Source: Candidatus Magasanikiibacteriota bacterium (lineage in GTDB: Bacteria > Patescibacteriota > Patescibacteriia > Magasanikbacterales > GWA2-37-8). Taken from it: a stretch of 64,000 nucleotides of DNA. Where the stretch lies: the NCBI GenBank assembly GCA_046590235.1, contig JBKJTY010000032.1:6834-70833 (forward strand), given 5' to 3'. This document shows positions 38,466 through 48,127 of this stretch, piece by piece. Position 1 is the first letter of the stretch. Each line of letters begins with the position of its first letter. Made by a program: the position numbers and the translations under genes. The notes under the pieces are model-generated. The model was not told the DNA's origin and made no database searches. It saw only the letters and a program-made list of their open reading frames with translations.

Positions 38466-40097
38466 ATGCCACACTTTACTGAGGAGGAGAAAAAACAATT
38501 GCTGAATTACGTAACAACGACTGAAGGTGATATTTTTGCTCTAAAAAACCTCCAAGGCATTGCTGGAGCAGTCTATGCTCGCTACAGTCGCGCGAAGACC
38601 GGCTTTCGTGAAACGCTTCTAAGAGAATTTATTGAAGCAGGCCAAATTGATGCGGTACATGCGAACGAGCTTATTGAACGCGTGCTTGTCGCCTACGGGG
38701 ATGATTCTGTCGGTGAACTTGAAGGGGCGCATGTTTCTTTTGAAAATATTTCAATTATTGCCACCAAAGAAATTGAAGACCGCCGTATTGGTGGCTCCCC
38801 TATTGAGAAGTCCACTCGCTATGTTTTCTTTGATGAAAAGGACGCAGAAGGAAAATATAAATACGTCCGTGAACCAAAAATTATGGCTTCACGTCATGCG
38901 GCCGCTTACGAGCAGACCATGGATTTTGTTTTTGACACTTACAGCAATCTTATCGAGCCAATGCAGCAATTTTATGCAGCACGCTTCCCCATCGAACAGG
39001 CTGAATACGATATCTTAGGTAAAGGTGGCAAACAGAAATTAGCTGATTTAACTGAGGAAAAAGACCTAAAATCATTTCGCATCACTTATAAAATCGACAT
39101 GAAGACGAAGGCGTGCGATTCACTGCGTTGTCTTTTACCGCTCGCAACTAAAACCAATGTTGGCATGTTTGGTAACGGACGTTACTTTCAGATGCTTATC
39201 TCACACCTTATTAGCACACCCTATCCAGAGGTTGTTACTATCGGTGAAAACACAAAAACAGAATTATCTAAACTTATCCCCCAATACGTTCGCCGTGCAG
39301 CCAAAAAAGAATATACCATAATCGTTGAGGAAAACATGAAGGCTTTGACTGCCGAACTTTTCAAAGGGATTAAAGCTAATCCAGCTGAATCGGTAGCTAT
39401 CGTACCAAACGAACAAGTTCACAACGAAACTTCTCTTGTTGCGCACATGCTTTACGCTTATGCCGAACTGCCGTTTGCCCAAATTTATAGTTTTGTCGCT
39501 TCACAAGATCAGGCCACAATTGACCGTATCAAGGCAACCTATGTTGGGGCGCGTAAAACACGTCGTGATCGCCCTGGTCGCGCGCTTGAAGCAGGCTACA
39601 CCTACACTGTCGATCTTTTTGCTGACTACGGAACTTACAAGGACTTAGAGCGCCACCGCATGACCACCCAATTACGCCAACCATTCAGCCCACGTCATGG
39701 CATGGTTGTGCCAACTGACATTACTGCCGCCGGTTTTGAAGAAACCGTTTTGAACGTTCATAAAAAAATTGAAGAAGTGTACGAAACCATTTTTGCTGAC
39801 CTCGGCGAAGTCGCCTCATACATTACTTTGCATGGTACCCGTGTACGTTGGATAATGGGCTTTAACGATCGTGAAGCTATGCACCTCCTTGAGCTCCGCA
39901 CTGCTAAACAAGGCCACCCACAGTATCGCAAACTTTGCCAACAGATTCACAGAGCAATTGCCGCAATTGATCCATGGCGCGCAAGCATCATGCAGTTTGT
40001 AGACCACAATGATTATGATAGCGCACGCGGCGACAGTGAAGCTCGTCAACGCGTAAAAGAACGTGAGCTTGATGAAAAATTCTCTAAATCCGTCTAG
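38466..40097 (+). CDS. thyX: FAD-dependent thymidylate synthase (tandem-domain ThyX)
   Basis: ARYSR, YGDDSVGEL, EKSTRYV, DLERHR, ELRT...GHPQYR. Confidence 0.88.
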   Translation: MPHFTEEEKKQLLNYVTTTEGDIFALKNLQGIAGAVYARYSRAKTGFRETLLREFIEAGQIDAVHANELIERVLVAYGDDSVGELEGAHVSFENISIIATKEIEDRRIGGSPIEKSTRYVFFDEKDAEGKYKYVREPKIMASRHAAAYEQTMDFVFDTYSNLIEPMQQFYAARFPIEQAEYDILGKGGKQKLADLTEEKDLKSFRITYKIDMKTKACDSLRCLLPLATKTNVGMFGNGRYFQMLISHLISTPYPEVVTIGENTKTELSKLIPQYVRRAAKKEYTIIVEENMKALTAELFKGIKANPAESVAIVPNEQVHNETSLVAHMLYAYAELPFAQIYSFVASQDQATIDRIKATYVGARKTRRDRPGRALEAGYTYTVDLFADYGTYKDLERHRMTTQLRQPFSPRHGMVVPTDITAAGFEETVLNVHKKIEEVYETIFADLGEVASYITLHGTRVRWIMGFNDREAMHLLELRTAKQGHPQYRKLCQQIHRAIAAIDPWRASIMQFVDHNDYDSARGDSEARQRVKERELDEKFSKSV

Positions 40098-40099
40098 CT

Positions 40100-40816
40100 A
40101 TGAAGAAAGGTTGTTACATCATGATTGATGGAATAGATGGCAGCGGGAAAGATACTGTTGCCAACTCATGGAAGGATTTTTTAAGCAAAGAAGGAAACGC
40201 GCTTTTTGATCTACGTGAATACTGGAAAAAGAATGGGACCTACCCAGATTTTAACGAATTAAAATCGTATGATTTTATATTTACCGCAGAACCTACGTAT
40301 GTCGGAGTGGGTAAAGTTATTCGTGAAGAACTAACCCGTAACGGCACTAACTATCCAGATATCGCCATTGCACATGCATTTTCACTTGATCGGCTTGTGC
40401 ATTACCATAAAATTATTATTCCAGCTCTTAAAGAAGGTAAATGTATTATTCAGGTTCGCGGTGTTAGCACCTCACTCTGTTACCAAGCTGTTTCAAGCGA
40501 TCTTAGCCTTGAACTTATCGCTTCTTTACCAGGCAACAGTTTAGCTTTAGAGCATCGCCCTGATCACCTGGTTCTAATGGACGTAACTCCAGAAATTACT
40601 CTACGTCGTTTAGGCATGCGAGCTGAAAAAGATGATAATGCCATCTTCGAAAAAAAGGACTTTCTTGATAAAGCCAATAAAATGTTTAGCAATCCTACTT
40701 ACCAGTCTCTTTTCACTTCACGTGGCAGTATGATTCATTATTTGCCAGCAGAGGGCGAAATTGATACAATGAACGCGAAAGCGCACGCTTTATTAACTTC
40801 ACTTATCACACCATAA
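40100..40816 (+). CDS. tmk: Thymidylate kinase
   Basis: IDGIDGSGK, EPT, SLDR, STSLCYQ, PDHLVLMD. Confidence 0.88.
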   Translation: MKKGCYIMIDGIDGSGKDTVANSWKDFLSKEGNALFDLREYWKKNGTYPDFNELKSYDFIFTAEPTYVGVGKVIREELTRNGTNYPDIAIAHAFSLDRLVHYHKIIIPALKEGKCIIQVRGVSTSLCYQAVSSDLSLELIASLPGNSLALEHRPDHLVLMDVTPEITLRRLGMRAEKDDNAIFEKKDFLDKANKMFSNPTYQSLFTSRGSMIHYLPAEGEIDTMNAKAHALLTSLITP

Positions 40817-40819
40817 ATT

Positions 40820-41605
40820 ATGCTTATTAGCATTTCGGAACTCATGAGTAAAAGCTGGGAAATTTATAAAGCAAATTTCAAACGCTTTTTACCTTACATG
40901 TTCCTTTTATTTGCGCCAAGCCTCGTCATGATGGCGGGTGCTTTTGGGCTTGATTATTTGGAACAATACTCTATCAGCACGGGCGCTGGCGCTGGAATTA
41001 GCGTTGCCCTCATGATTATTCGGTTAGTTCTGGTGCTTTGGGTAAGTGTTTCCATTATGAAATTTGTTGGTACATTTATTAAAACATCAACTTTTTTGTC
41101 ATGGCGCGAATCGTTTGGACTTACTGCAGGACTTTTATTAGCATTAATAATTAATGCTATATTAGCTTTTATCGCTTTTTTCTTTGGCTTCCTTCTCTTA
41201 ATTATTCCTGGCATCATAATCTCAACTTGGTTGGTATTTACTACAAGTGAAGTAGTCTTCAATAAACAAGGGAGTGGTTTAGTGGATGTCGGTGCGCTAT
41301 CTCGCAGTAAACAATTGGTTAAAGGGCGTTGGTTTGATATCTTCTTTGCATTCTATATACCACCATTTATCTTTGGTCTTATCTTCGGTGTAATTAACAT
41401 TGTTTTAGTAATCACCTTCTCTTTGCTTGGTTCTCTCATCTCTACAACAACTGGCGTTTTGGTCGGAGAGGTTGTCGGAGCTATTGGTGGTGCTATTTTC
41501 GCTCCACTTCCAATTATTTCTACTGTCTTACTCTATTTCAGCGCAAAAGAAAATCCAGTTGCTTTGCCTACTCCATCGGCGCCAAGTGCTCCAAAAGCAG
41601 CATAA
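40820..41605 (+). CDS. Multi-pass membrane protein
   Basis: LLLIIPGII, ALSRSKQLVKGRW; 5-6 TM segments. Confidence 0.8.
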   Translation: MLISISELMSKSWEIYKANFKRFLPYMFLLFAPSLVMMAGAFGLDYLEQYSISTGAGAGISVALMIIRLVLVLWVSVSIMKFVGTFIKTSTFLSWRESFGLTAGLLLALIINAILAFIAFFFGFLLLIIPGIIISTWLVFTTSEVVFNKQGSGLVDVGALSRSKQLVKGRWFDIFFAFYIPPFIFGLIFGVINIVLVITFSLLGSLISTTTGVLVGEVVGAIGGAIFAPLPIISTVLLYFSAKENPVALPTPSAPSAPKAA

Positions 41606-41699
41606 TCAACCATCTATATAAACCCGCTACTCAGCGGGTTTTTTGTATTGCCAAAAGAAACGGGAGATGTTACCCTATGAGCGTATCTTATACCTTTTT

Positions 41700-43226
41700 A
41701 TGCCTAAACTTATCCCGATTATCGGTCTTGAAATCCATGTTGAATTGAAGACTAAATCAAAAATGTTTTGTTCGTGCGCAAATAACCCATTTATCGACAC
41801 ACCAAACATTAATATCTGCGAAGTCTGCCTAGCACATCCTGGCACGCTACCTGTTCCTAACAAAGAAGGTATTATTTGGGCTATGAAAGTAGCCAAAGGT
41901 CTTGGTTGCACCATTAATGAGCTCTGTAAATTTGACCGAAAACACTATTTTTATCCTGATTTACCAAAGGGTTACCAGATTTCTCAGTTTGACCAGCCGA
42001 TTGGCGAACATGGCAAAATCGAGCTCAGCTTTCCAGATGGCAAAAATCATCGCCAAACGGCCCTAATCGGCGTTACGCGTGTTCATTTGGAAGAAGACAC
42101 AGCCAAGCTCAATCACGGCACTGGAGGCGTTTCCTTGGTAGATTTTAATCGTGCAGGTGTTCCACTTGTTGAAATTGTTTCAGAACCTGATATTCAAAGT
42201 GCTGCTGAGGCCAAAGCATATGGCCAAGAATTACAAATGATCTTCCGCTATCTTGGCGTCAGTGATGCTGACATGGAAAAGGGGCAGATGCGCTGTGAGG
42301 CTAACATCTCACTTCAAGAAGAAGGTTCTTATGTTAATGAAAATGGCATGATTAAGCCGTTGCCAGGCCGCACGCTTCATCCAAAGGTTGAGGTCAAAAA
42401 CATCAATTCTTTCCGTGCTGTTGAAAAAGCGATTGAATTTGAAATAAAACGTCAGACCGACATGATTGAAAAAGGCGAAGGCTGGCGACAGGAAACACGT
42501 GGCTGGGATGATGTAAAACAAGGTACCGTTCACCAACGCTACAAAGAAACATCTGCTGATTATCGCTATTTCCCAGAACCAGATATTCCTCCATTTAGAC
42601 CATTTGACCTCTCACCTACAATTGCAACCGGTGAAATGCCTATCGAACGTCGAAAGCGCTTTTTTGCTGAATATGGTTTTTCCATGGCTGATGCTTATCT
42701 TTTAACCTCCGATAAACATTGGGCGGAGTTTGTAGAACACACCATGAGCGAACTCGACGCATGGCTTGAAACTTTGTCCGAAAAGAAAGATCGTACAGAG
42801 GTCGCTCGCCTAGCAGGTGGTTGGATCACCACCAAACTCATGGGTGCAATGAACGAACGTAAGATTGATATTCGTGTACTCAAAATTAAACCAGAAAATT
42901 TTGCAGAGCTTATCGCGCTCATCTCTTCAAATCGTGTTAACTCTACCAACGCGTCAAAGATTTTGATTGAAATGCTTGAATCCGGCGTTGATATGGACCC
43001 AACGCATATTATGGAAGAAAAAGGTTACGGCCAAATTAGCGACCCTGCTAAATTAACTGCCGTAGTCGATGAAGTTATTAGTAACAACCCACAACAAGTT
43101 GCTGCTTTTAAAGCTGGCAAAGAACCCCTTATTAAATTTTTGATTGGCATGGCCATGAAAGCCACCGAAGGCAGCGCTGACCCGGTTGTCGTTGAAACAA
43201 TGTTGCGTGAAAAACTCAAAGTATAA
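41700..43226 (+). CDS. gatB: Asp/Glu-tRNA amidotransferase subunit B
   Basis: IGLEIHVEL, RKHYFYPDLPKGYQISQ, HLEED, MRCEANIS, DYRYFPEPD; start at MPKL (41700). Confidence 0.97.
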   Translation: MPKLIPIIGLEIHVELKTKSKMFCSCANNPFIDTPNINICEVCLAHPGTLPVPNKEGIIWAMKVAKGLGCTINELCKFDRKHYFYPDLPKGYQISQFDQPIGEHGKIELSFPDGKNHRQTALIGVTRVHLEEDTAKLNHGTGGVSLVDFNRAGVPLVEIVSEPDIQSAAEAKAYGQELQMIFRYLGVSDADMEKGQMRCEANISLQEEGSYVNENGMIKPLPGRTLHPKVEVKNINSFRAVEKAIEFEIKRQTDMIEKGEGWRQETRGWDDVKQGTVHQRYKETSADYRYFPEPDIPPFRPFDLSPTIATGEMPIERRKRFFAEYGFSMADAYLLTSDKHWAEFVEHTMSELDAWLETLSEKKDRTEVARLAGGWITTKLMGAMNERKIDIRVLKIKPENFAELIALISSNRVNSTNASKILIEMLESGVDMDPTHIMEEKGYGQISDPAKLTAVVDEVISNNPQQVAAFKAGKEPLIKFLIGMAMKATEGSADPVVVETMLREKLKV

Positions 43227-43229
43227 TAT

Positions 43230-43571
43230 ATGTCTGAGCTATCACCACAATTTGAAAGGGGTAATTTTGAAATGGAGCTTTTAAGCCGTCTGGACGATGT
43301 GAATGACGAACATATCGAATCATTCCGTAACAGCCTTCAACCGATTTTTGCTAAGAATTTTGACCGCCTGTCGGAAGAAAAAAAGATGATTATTTCAAGT
43401 TTAGCCGACTTACCCTTTAATAAGTTGCGATCTCTTGTCGATATAGTTACTACGTCTGACGGTAAGAAATTGGATTCAATGGGCATCCACGATTTAAAAG
43501 GTGCGCTACAGCTTGTTGCCATCTACAAGGAAGGTCGCAAAGATACGGACATCCTAAATCAAGCTGCGTAA
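43230..43571 (+). CDS. Hypothetical protein, paralog A
   Basis: Similar to the next ORF (FRNS...FD...EK...LQ..IY.E). Confidence 0.7.
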   Translation: MSELSPQFERGNFEMELLSRLDDVNDEHIESFRNSLQPIFAKNFDRLSEEKKMIISSLADLPFNKLRSLVDIVTTSDGKKLDSMGIHDLKGALQLVAIYKEGRKDTDILNQAA

Positions 43572-43578
43572 ATATCTT

Positions 43579-43887
43579 ATGCCAAACCATTCTCGCGAAA
43601 CTAAATCACAAATGCCTTTTGATTTTGCATTAGTATCAACTGCTTCAGCTATTACACCGGAGGATCTTAGGAAATTTCGTAATTCAATTGCAGAAAAGTA
43701 CCAGTTACTATTTGATGAAATGGCACCCGAGAAACAACGACTCATGACTACATTAGACATGATGTCAAAAGAAGAACTTGATGCATTTATCGAGCTATCG
43801 ACAGATAGTAAGAATTTGAGCTTAACTGGTGCAAATGAATTAAACAACATTCTTCAAGTTTTGTTAATTTATCGTGAAAAAGTTTAA
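43579..43887 (+). CDS. Hypothetical protein, paralog B
   Basis: Tandem paralog of 43230-43571. Confidence 0.7.
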   Translation: MPNHSRETKSQMPFDFALVSTASAITPEDLRKFRNSIAEKYQLLFDEMAPEKQRLMTTLDMMSKEELDAFIELSTDSKNLSLTGANELNNILQVLLIYREKV

Positions 43888-43899
43888 AACTAAAGTAAT

Positions 43900-43930
43900 A
43901 AAAAAGCTCTACACCAGGTAGAGCTTTTTT
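43900..43930. terminator. Bidirectional terminator
   Basis: AAAAAAGCTCTAC-ACCAG-GTAGAGCTTTTTT. Confidence 0.8.
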
Positions 43931-43932
43931 AT

Positions 43933-44514
43933 TTATCGAATATTTCGCAAAGCTTCACGCAGTAACTGCTCGCTATTTTTTCCCTTCGTATCAAGCTTGT
44001 TTACTACATCTCGCGCCTGTAAAACTGAGTAGCCGAGTGTTACCAACCCGTCAATAACATCACTGATTGCGTCATTAATCACCGGCATGCTAATACCACT
44101 ATCTTTCAGCCCCTTCGCGACTTTTGATTTAAGATCCACGACAATGCGTTCTGCGGTTTTTTTACCAATACCACTGACTTTAGTGAGATATTCAACATCT
44201 CCTCGGCCAATCGCCATAGTAGTTTCTTCAACACTGCCAAGCTCTAATAGATGGAGCGCGGTCTTTGGACCAACACCATTTACTGTTAAGAAGTTTTTAA
44301 ATAATGCTTTTTCAGCACCGTTCGCGAAACCAAATAATGTATGCGCATCTTCTTTGATGGACAAGAATGTCTCGAGCATTACGTCATTCCCTACAGTAGC
44401 CAGGTTAAATGCTGTCGGACTGACAAGCAATCGATAACCAACTCCACCGGTTGTCATTATTACCATTTCACCGTTAAATTTACTAACGATTTTTCCTTGT
44501 AGCAATGCGATCAT
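43933..44514 (-). CDS. ruvA: Holliday junction branch migration protein RuvA
   Basis: GGVGY, LFGF, VNGVGPKTA, VSGIGKKTAERIVVDLK, LVTLGY. Confidence 0.96.
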   Translation of the reverse strand: MIALLQGKIVSKFNGEMVIMTTGGVGYRLLVSPTAFNLATVGNDVMLETFLSIKEDAHTLFGFANGAEKALFKNFLTVNGVGPKTALHLLELGSVEETTMAIGRGDVEYLTKVSGIGKKTAERIVVDLKSKVAKGLKDSGISMPVINDAISDVIDGLVTLGYSVLQARDVVNKLDTKGKNSEQLLREALRNIR

Positions 44515-44516
44515 AC

Positions 44517-45488
44517 TTATTTCTTTTTACCCTTGTTTCGACTAACACGGATTAAGCCGCCGCACGGAACGATTTCAATCCCCTGTTTTTCTAGTTCATC
44601 TAACCATATGTTCATACCGAGTGAATCCGAAGCCATGTGCCCAGTGATAATAACATTTAAATTAGTATCGCTTGCCTTCTGGATTGCATCTTCTTTCATA
44701 TGCATACCAATCACAGTGCTAACACCGTAATTTGATAATGGCTGATACACTTTACTTGATGGGTTGGTGCCACCAGTCATTTCTACATACCATTTTCCAA
44801 CTCGGTGATGACCACTTCCAGCTACCATTTTTGGTCCAGCGTTATATTTCTTAGTGATTTTGTATTCAGGCTCTTCCAGTACAGCATCGAGAATGTCACT
44901 GATATAATATGGCTTCTTTTTTTCAAAGAGTTTTATAAGATAATCGTTTACCATGTTATCCGTAATCGTGTGTGTCGACATAAAATTAACACCTAAAAGA
45001 CGAGCTGCGTCGACCACAGCAAAGTGATTGGCAGGATGAACATTGCGACCCACCTCTCGGACGCGTTCCTCAAACATCTTTTCAGCAATATGCACCGGCA
45101 CACCCATTTGTTCGTAGACTTCCACAGTCATACCCATGACTTCGTGTAAATTTGCTAAAGCTTTTCCAACCGGGTGATGGGTAATAACTAAATCAATCGG
45201 CTTACCCGTTTCACCAAGCTTTTTAGCTAGCAGCAGATCGCTAATACCGATGTCGATACCAGCCATAACACGCTTAACCTTGGTTTTACCATCATCAACA
45301 TGGATTCCGCAATCTAAATAGGGATTTGTGAGACGATCAACATCATAATACTCTCTATCTTCTGGTTTGAGCTTAGCGTATGCCTTTTTTGCCCGTTCTA
45401 GTTGCTTTTCGGCAGCTTTTTTACCCCGTGGATCATGCTCCATTCCGAGTCTTACTCCAAGATCAAAGATTTGCTGTACAGTCATCAT
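44517..45488 (-). CDS. NIF3-like (NGG1p-interacting factor) metal-binding protein
   Basis: NPYLD, GIDI, ITHHP, HTITDN, MTGGT, GMHM, GHMASDSLGMN. Confidence 0.8.
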   Translation of the reverse strand: MMTVQQIFDLGVRLGMEHDPRGKKAAEKQLERAKKAYAKLKPEDREYYDVDRLTNPYLDCGIHVDDGKTKVKRVMAGIDIGISDLLLAKKLGETGKPIDLVITHHPVGKALANLHEVMGMTVEVYEQMGVPVHIAEKMFEERVREVGRNVHPANHFAVVDAARLLGVNFMSTHTITDNMVNDYLIKLFEKKKPYYISDILDAVLEEPEYKITKKYNAGPKMVAGSGHHRVGKWYVEMTGGTNPSSKVYQPLSNYGVSTVIGMHMKEDAIQKASDTNLNVIITGHMASDSLGMNIWLDELEKQGIEIVPCGGLIRVSRNKGKKK

Positions 45489-45522
45489 ACTTTTACAATT
45501 ATTATCAAGCTATTTGCTCTTA

Positions 45523-45593
45523 ATAGTAGAGAAAAATAGCCGCGCTGTCAAACCTTCTTTATGATTGACAAAACCACCTCTTTTTGGTATACT
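45523..45593. promoter_or_regulatory. Divergent sigma70 promoters
   Basis: Minus: TTGACA (45551-45546)-17-TACTAT (45528-45523); plus: TTGACA (45565-45570)-17-TATACT (45588-45593). Confidence 0.8.
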
Positions 45594-45734
45594 GTCCACG
45601 TGTGAAACATGCTACCTTTTACAGTACAGTGTTCAACACTACGATACAATTTCAGTCTATCCCTGGTATCTATTTTTTGGCTAGGATAAGGTAAATTATA
45701 CAAAGCTATCATTCATAGCTTTTTTTATTTCATT

Positions 45735-48122
45735 ATGGAATTAAAGGAACAAAATGGCTTAGCGGGTCACACAATACTTGTTGTCCACGCTGGCAGTCCT
45801 AGCAAGCGATTTATCATACACAAACTCAAGAAATTGGGTTTGCATATCGTTTGTTTGAACAAAGAGAAGGTCGCTTCCCTCCAACCGTATGTTGACCACT
45901 GGATTATTGCTGATTTAAACAATAAAAAAGAAAGCTTGGAAGCAGTAAAAATGTTTCGCGCCTCACACCCGAAAGTCGCCATGGAAGGTGCTGTTACTTT
46001 TTGGGATGAAGCGGTTTTGCTGACCTCTCAAATTACTGATATGTTCAACTGGATCGGTATTCCTTTTGAAATTGCAAATCGTGCTAAAAATAAATATCTC
46101 TTCCGTGAATTTTGTCATCAGAACAACATTCCTGCACCAAAACACAAAATGTTTTCAGGTAAAAAGTCTATTGCTAAAGTTGAGAAAGATCTCAGCTACC
46201 CAATGGTCATGAAACCTATTTACGGTGCTGTCAGTTACTTCGTTGTTAAAGTGGCCAACCGAAAAGAAGTTGAGGAGACCTACGAATATATTAAAAATAA
46301 TATTAAATCCAACTGGCTTGCCCCTGAATGGGAAAGTTTTGATTTATTAGTGGAAGAATACGTTGATGGTGACGAGGTTGATATCGATATCATTCTTCAA
46401 AACGGTAAAATCAAGTTTTACTCTATTTCTGATAACTTCAATAAGACTCATGAACGCTTTTTCCTTGATAGCGGACAAGCTGTTCCTTCTGGTCTACCAG
46501 AAACGGATCAACAAAAAATGATTGATAACGCCGAAGAAGTTATTGAGAAGCTTGGCATCCAAAACGGTATCATCCATTTTGAAGCTAAAATTTCTAAAGG
46601 TGTCTCCTACCCTATCGAAGTGAACTTGCGCATGGGTGGAGATTATATTTATTCCTACCTAAAAGGTGCTTGGGGCGTCGACTATGTTGAATACGCCGCA
46701 AAAATTGCGCTTGGTATCCATATTAAGAAAATTGAAAAGACAGCTCCTCGTAAATACATTGTTGGCTGGGACTTACAGCCTGAATACTCCGGTATTTTGG
46801 TTGAGCTCGATGTTAACGAAGAATTAAAGTTGAAAAAATACTTAGAAGACATGCAGCTCTTTAAAGAAATCGGAGACCCTGTTCTTCACCCGCCCGAGGG
46901 TTACGAAAGTTTAGGCTGGTTAACTGTTTCTGGTGATAACTTGCTTGATGCACAAGATAACCTTCGTGAGGCTTTGACGTTTATCCGTTATAAAATCGCG
47001 GAGTTCAACGAAGAATCTTCGCTTGGTAAAACGGACCGCAAGAGCCGCTTGTCTGCCGCTGTCATGAAAAAAGATTTATTGTTGCAAGTCGCTAAGATTG
47101 AAAAGGTGCGTCATATTTCTCTCAAAGACCAGCGTCGTTTACATATTGGTATCGCTGCAAACATAGCTAACCATAAAATGAATATTGACCAAGGTCTTTC
47201 TGCGCTTGAAATTGAAAAGAAGTTACGCGAGCTTGGTTATTACACTACCTTGCTCGATTTCAATAGCTTGTCTAAGACTTTTTATAAGCTTAACCATAGC
47301 GATATTGATTTGGTACTCAATTTAACTGAGGGTATCAACAACGATGAAACACTTAAACCACAAGCGACGGCAATGTTGGAGAGCCTCCATATTCCGTTTA
47401 CAGGTACCAATTCGATCAACCTAGCGCTTTGCAATGATAAAATTCGCATGAAGAAACTGCTTAGTTACCACAGTATCCCGACAGCGAAATGGGACTACGC
47501 GTACACCATGAACGATACCATCAATCCGGAATTACGTTATCCGCTGATTGTAAAACCAGGTAATACCGATGACTCCATTGGTATTACGAATGCTTCCGTT
47601 GTTACCAATAAAAAACAACTGGAAAAACAATTGAAGAAAATCATTGTCGATCTGGGCCGCCCGGCACTTGTAGAGGAATATATTGAAGGCGATGAATTTG
47701 TTGCCCACATTATCGGCAACAGTAGTCATGACTTACGCGTCTTACCACTCTCACGCTCTACTTTTGGTAAAATGCAAAAAGGCTATTGGCACATCTTTAC
47801 TCGTGAAAGTCGCGAAAAATCTAACAAGGCCTATGACCGCGTAGTCACACAGTACCCAGCGAAAAATATTAGTGAAAAATTACAGGCGCTTATCACTGAA
47901 ATTGCTCTTGATACCTATCAAATCATGCGCTGTCGCGATTACGGCCGCGTTGAAATTCGCATTGATAAGGACGATAACCCATATGTGCTTGAAGTTGACC
48001 CTAATCCAGTGGTTGATAGCCACTCCCCGTTCATCAAGACTGCCAAACTGATCGGCATGGACTATGGCAATGTGCTTGAAGAAATTATTGGCGTTGCGAT
48101 TAAGCGATTCCAGAAAAAATAA
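45735..48122 (+). CDS. Double ATP-grasp ligase: carnosine-synthase/L-amino-acid-ligase-like domain fused to a D-Ala-D-Ala-ligase-like domain
   Basis: N-domain YPMVMKP, EEYVDGDEVDID, SDN, IEVNLRMGG; C-domain IPFTG...DKIRMK, YPLIVKP..DDSIGI, EEYIEG, YGRVEIR, LEVDPNP. Confidence 0.85.
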   Translation: MELKEQNGLAGHTILVVHAGSPSKRFIIHKLKKLGLHIVCLNKEKVASLQPYVDHWIIADLNNKKESLEAVKMFRASHPKVAMEGAVTFWDEAVLLTSQITDMFNWIGIPFEIANRAKNKYLFREFCHQNNIPAPKHKMFSGKKSIAKVEKDLSYPMVMKPIYGAVSYFVVKVANRKEVEETYEYIKNNIKSNWLAPEWESFDLLVEEYVDGDEVDIDIILQNGKIKFYSISDNFNKTHERFFLDSGQAVPSGLPETDQQKMIDNAEEVIEKLGIQNGIIHFEAKISKGVSYPIEVNLRMGGDYIYSYLKGAWGVDYVEYAAKIALGIHIKKIEKTAPRKYIVGWDLQPEYSGILVELDVNEELKLKKYLEDMQLFKEIGDPVLHPPEGYESLGWLTVSGDNLLDAQDNLREALTFIRYKIAEFNEESSLGKTDRKSRLSAAVMKKDLLLQVAKIEKVRHISLKDQRRLHIGIAANIANHKMNIDQGLSALEIEKKLRELGYYTTLLDFNSLSKTFYKLNHSDIDLVLNLTEGINNDETLKPQATAMLESLHIPFTGTNSINLALCNDKIRMKKLLSYHSIPTAKWDYAYTMNDTINPELRYPLIVKPGNTDDSIGITNASVVTNKKQLEKQLKKIIVDLGRPALVEEYIEGDEFVAHIIGNSSHDLRVLPLSRSTFGKMQKGYWHIFTRESREKSNKAYDRVVTQYPAKNISEKLQALITEIALDTYQIMRCRDYGRVEIRIDKDDNPYVLEVDPNPVVDSHSPFIKTAKLIGMDYGNVLEEIIGVAIKRFQKK

Positions 48123-48127
48123 GCTTT

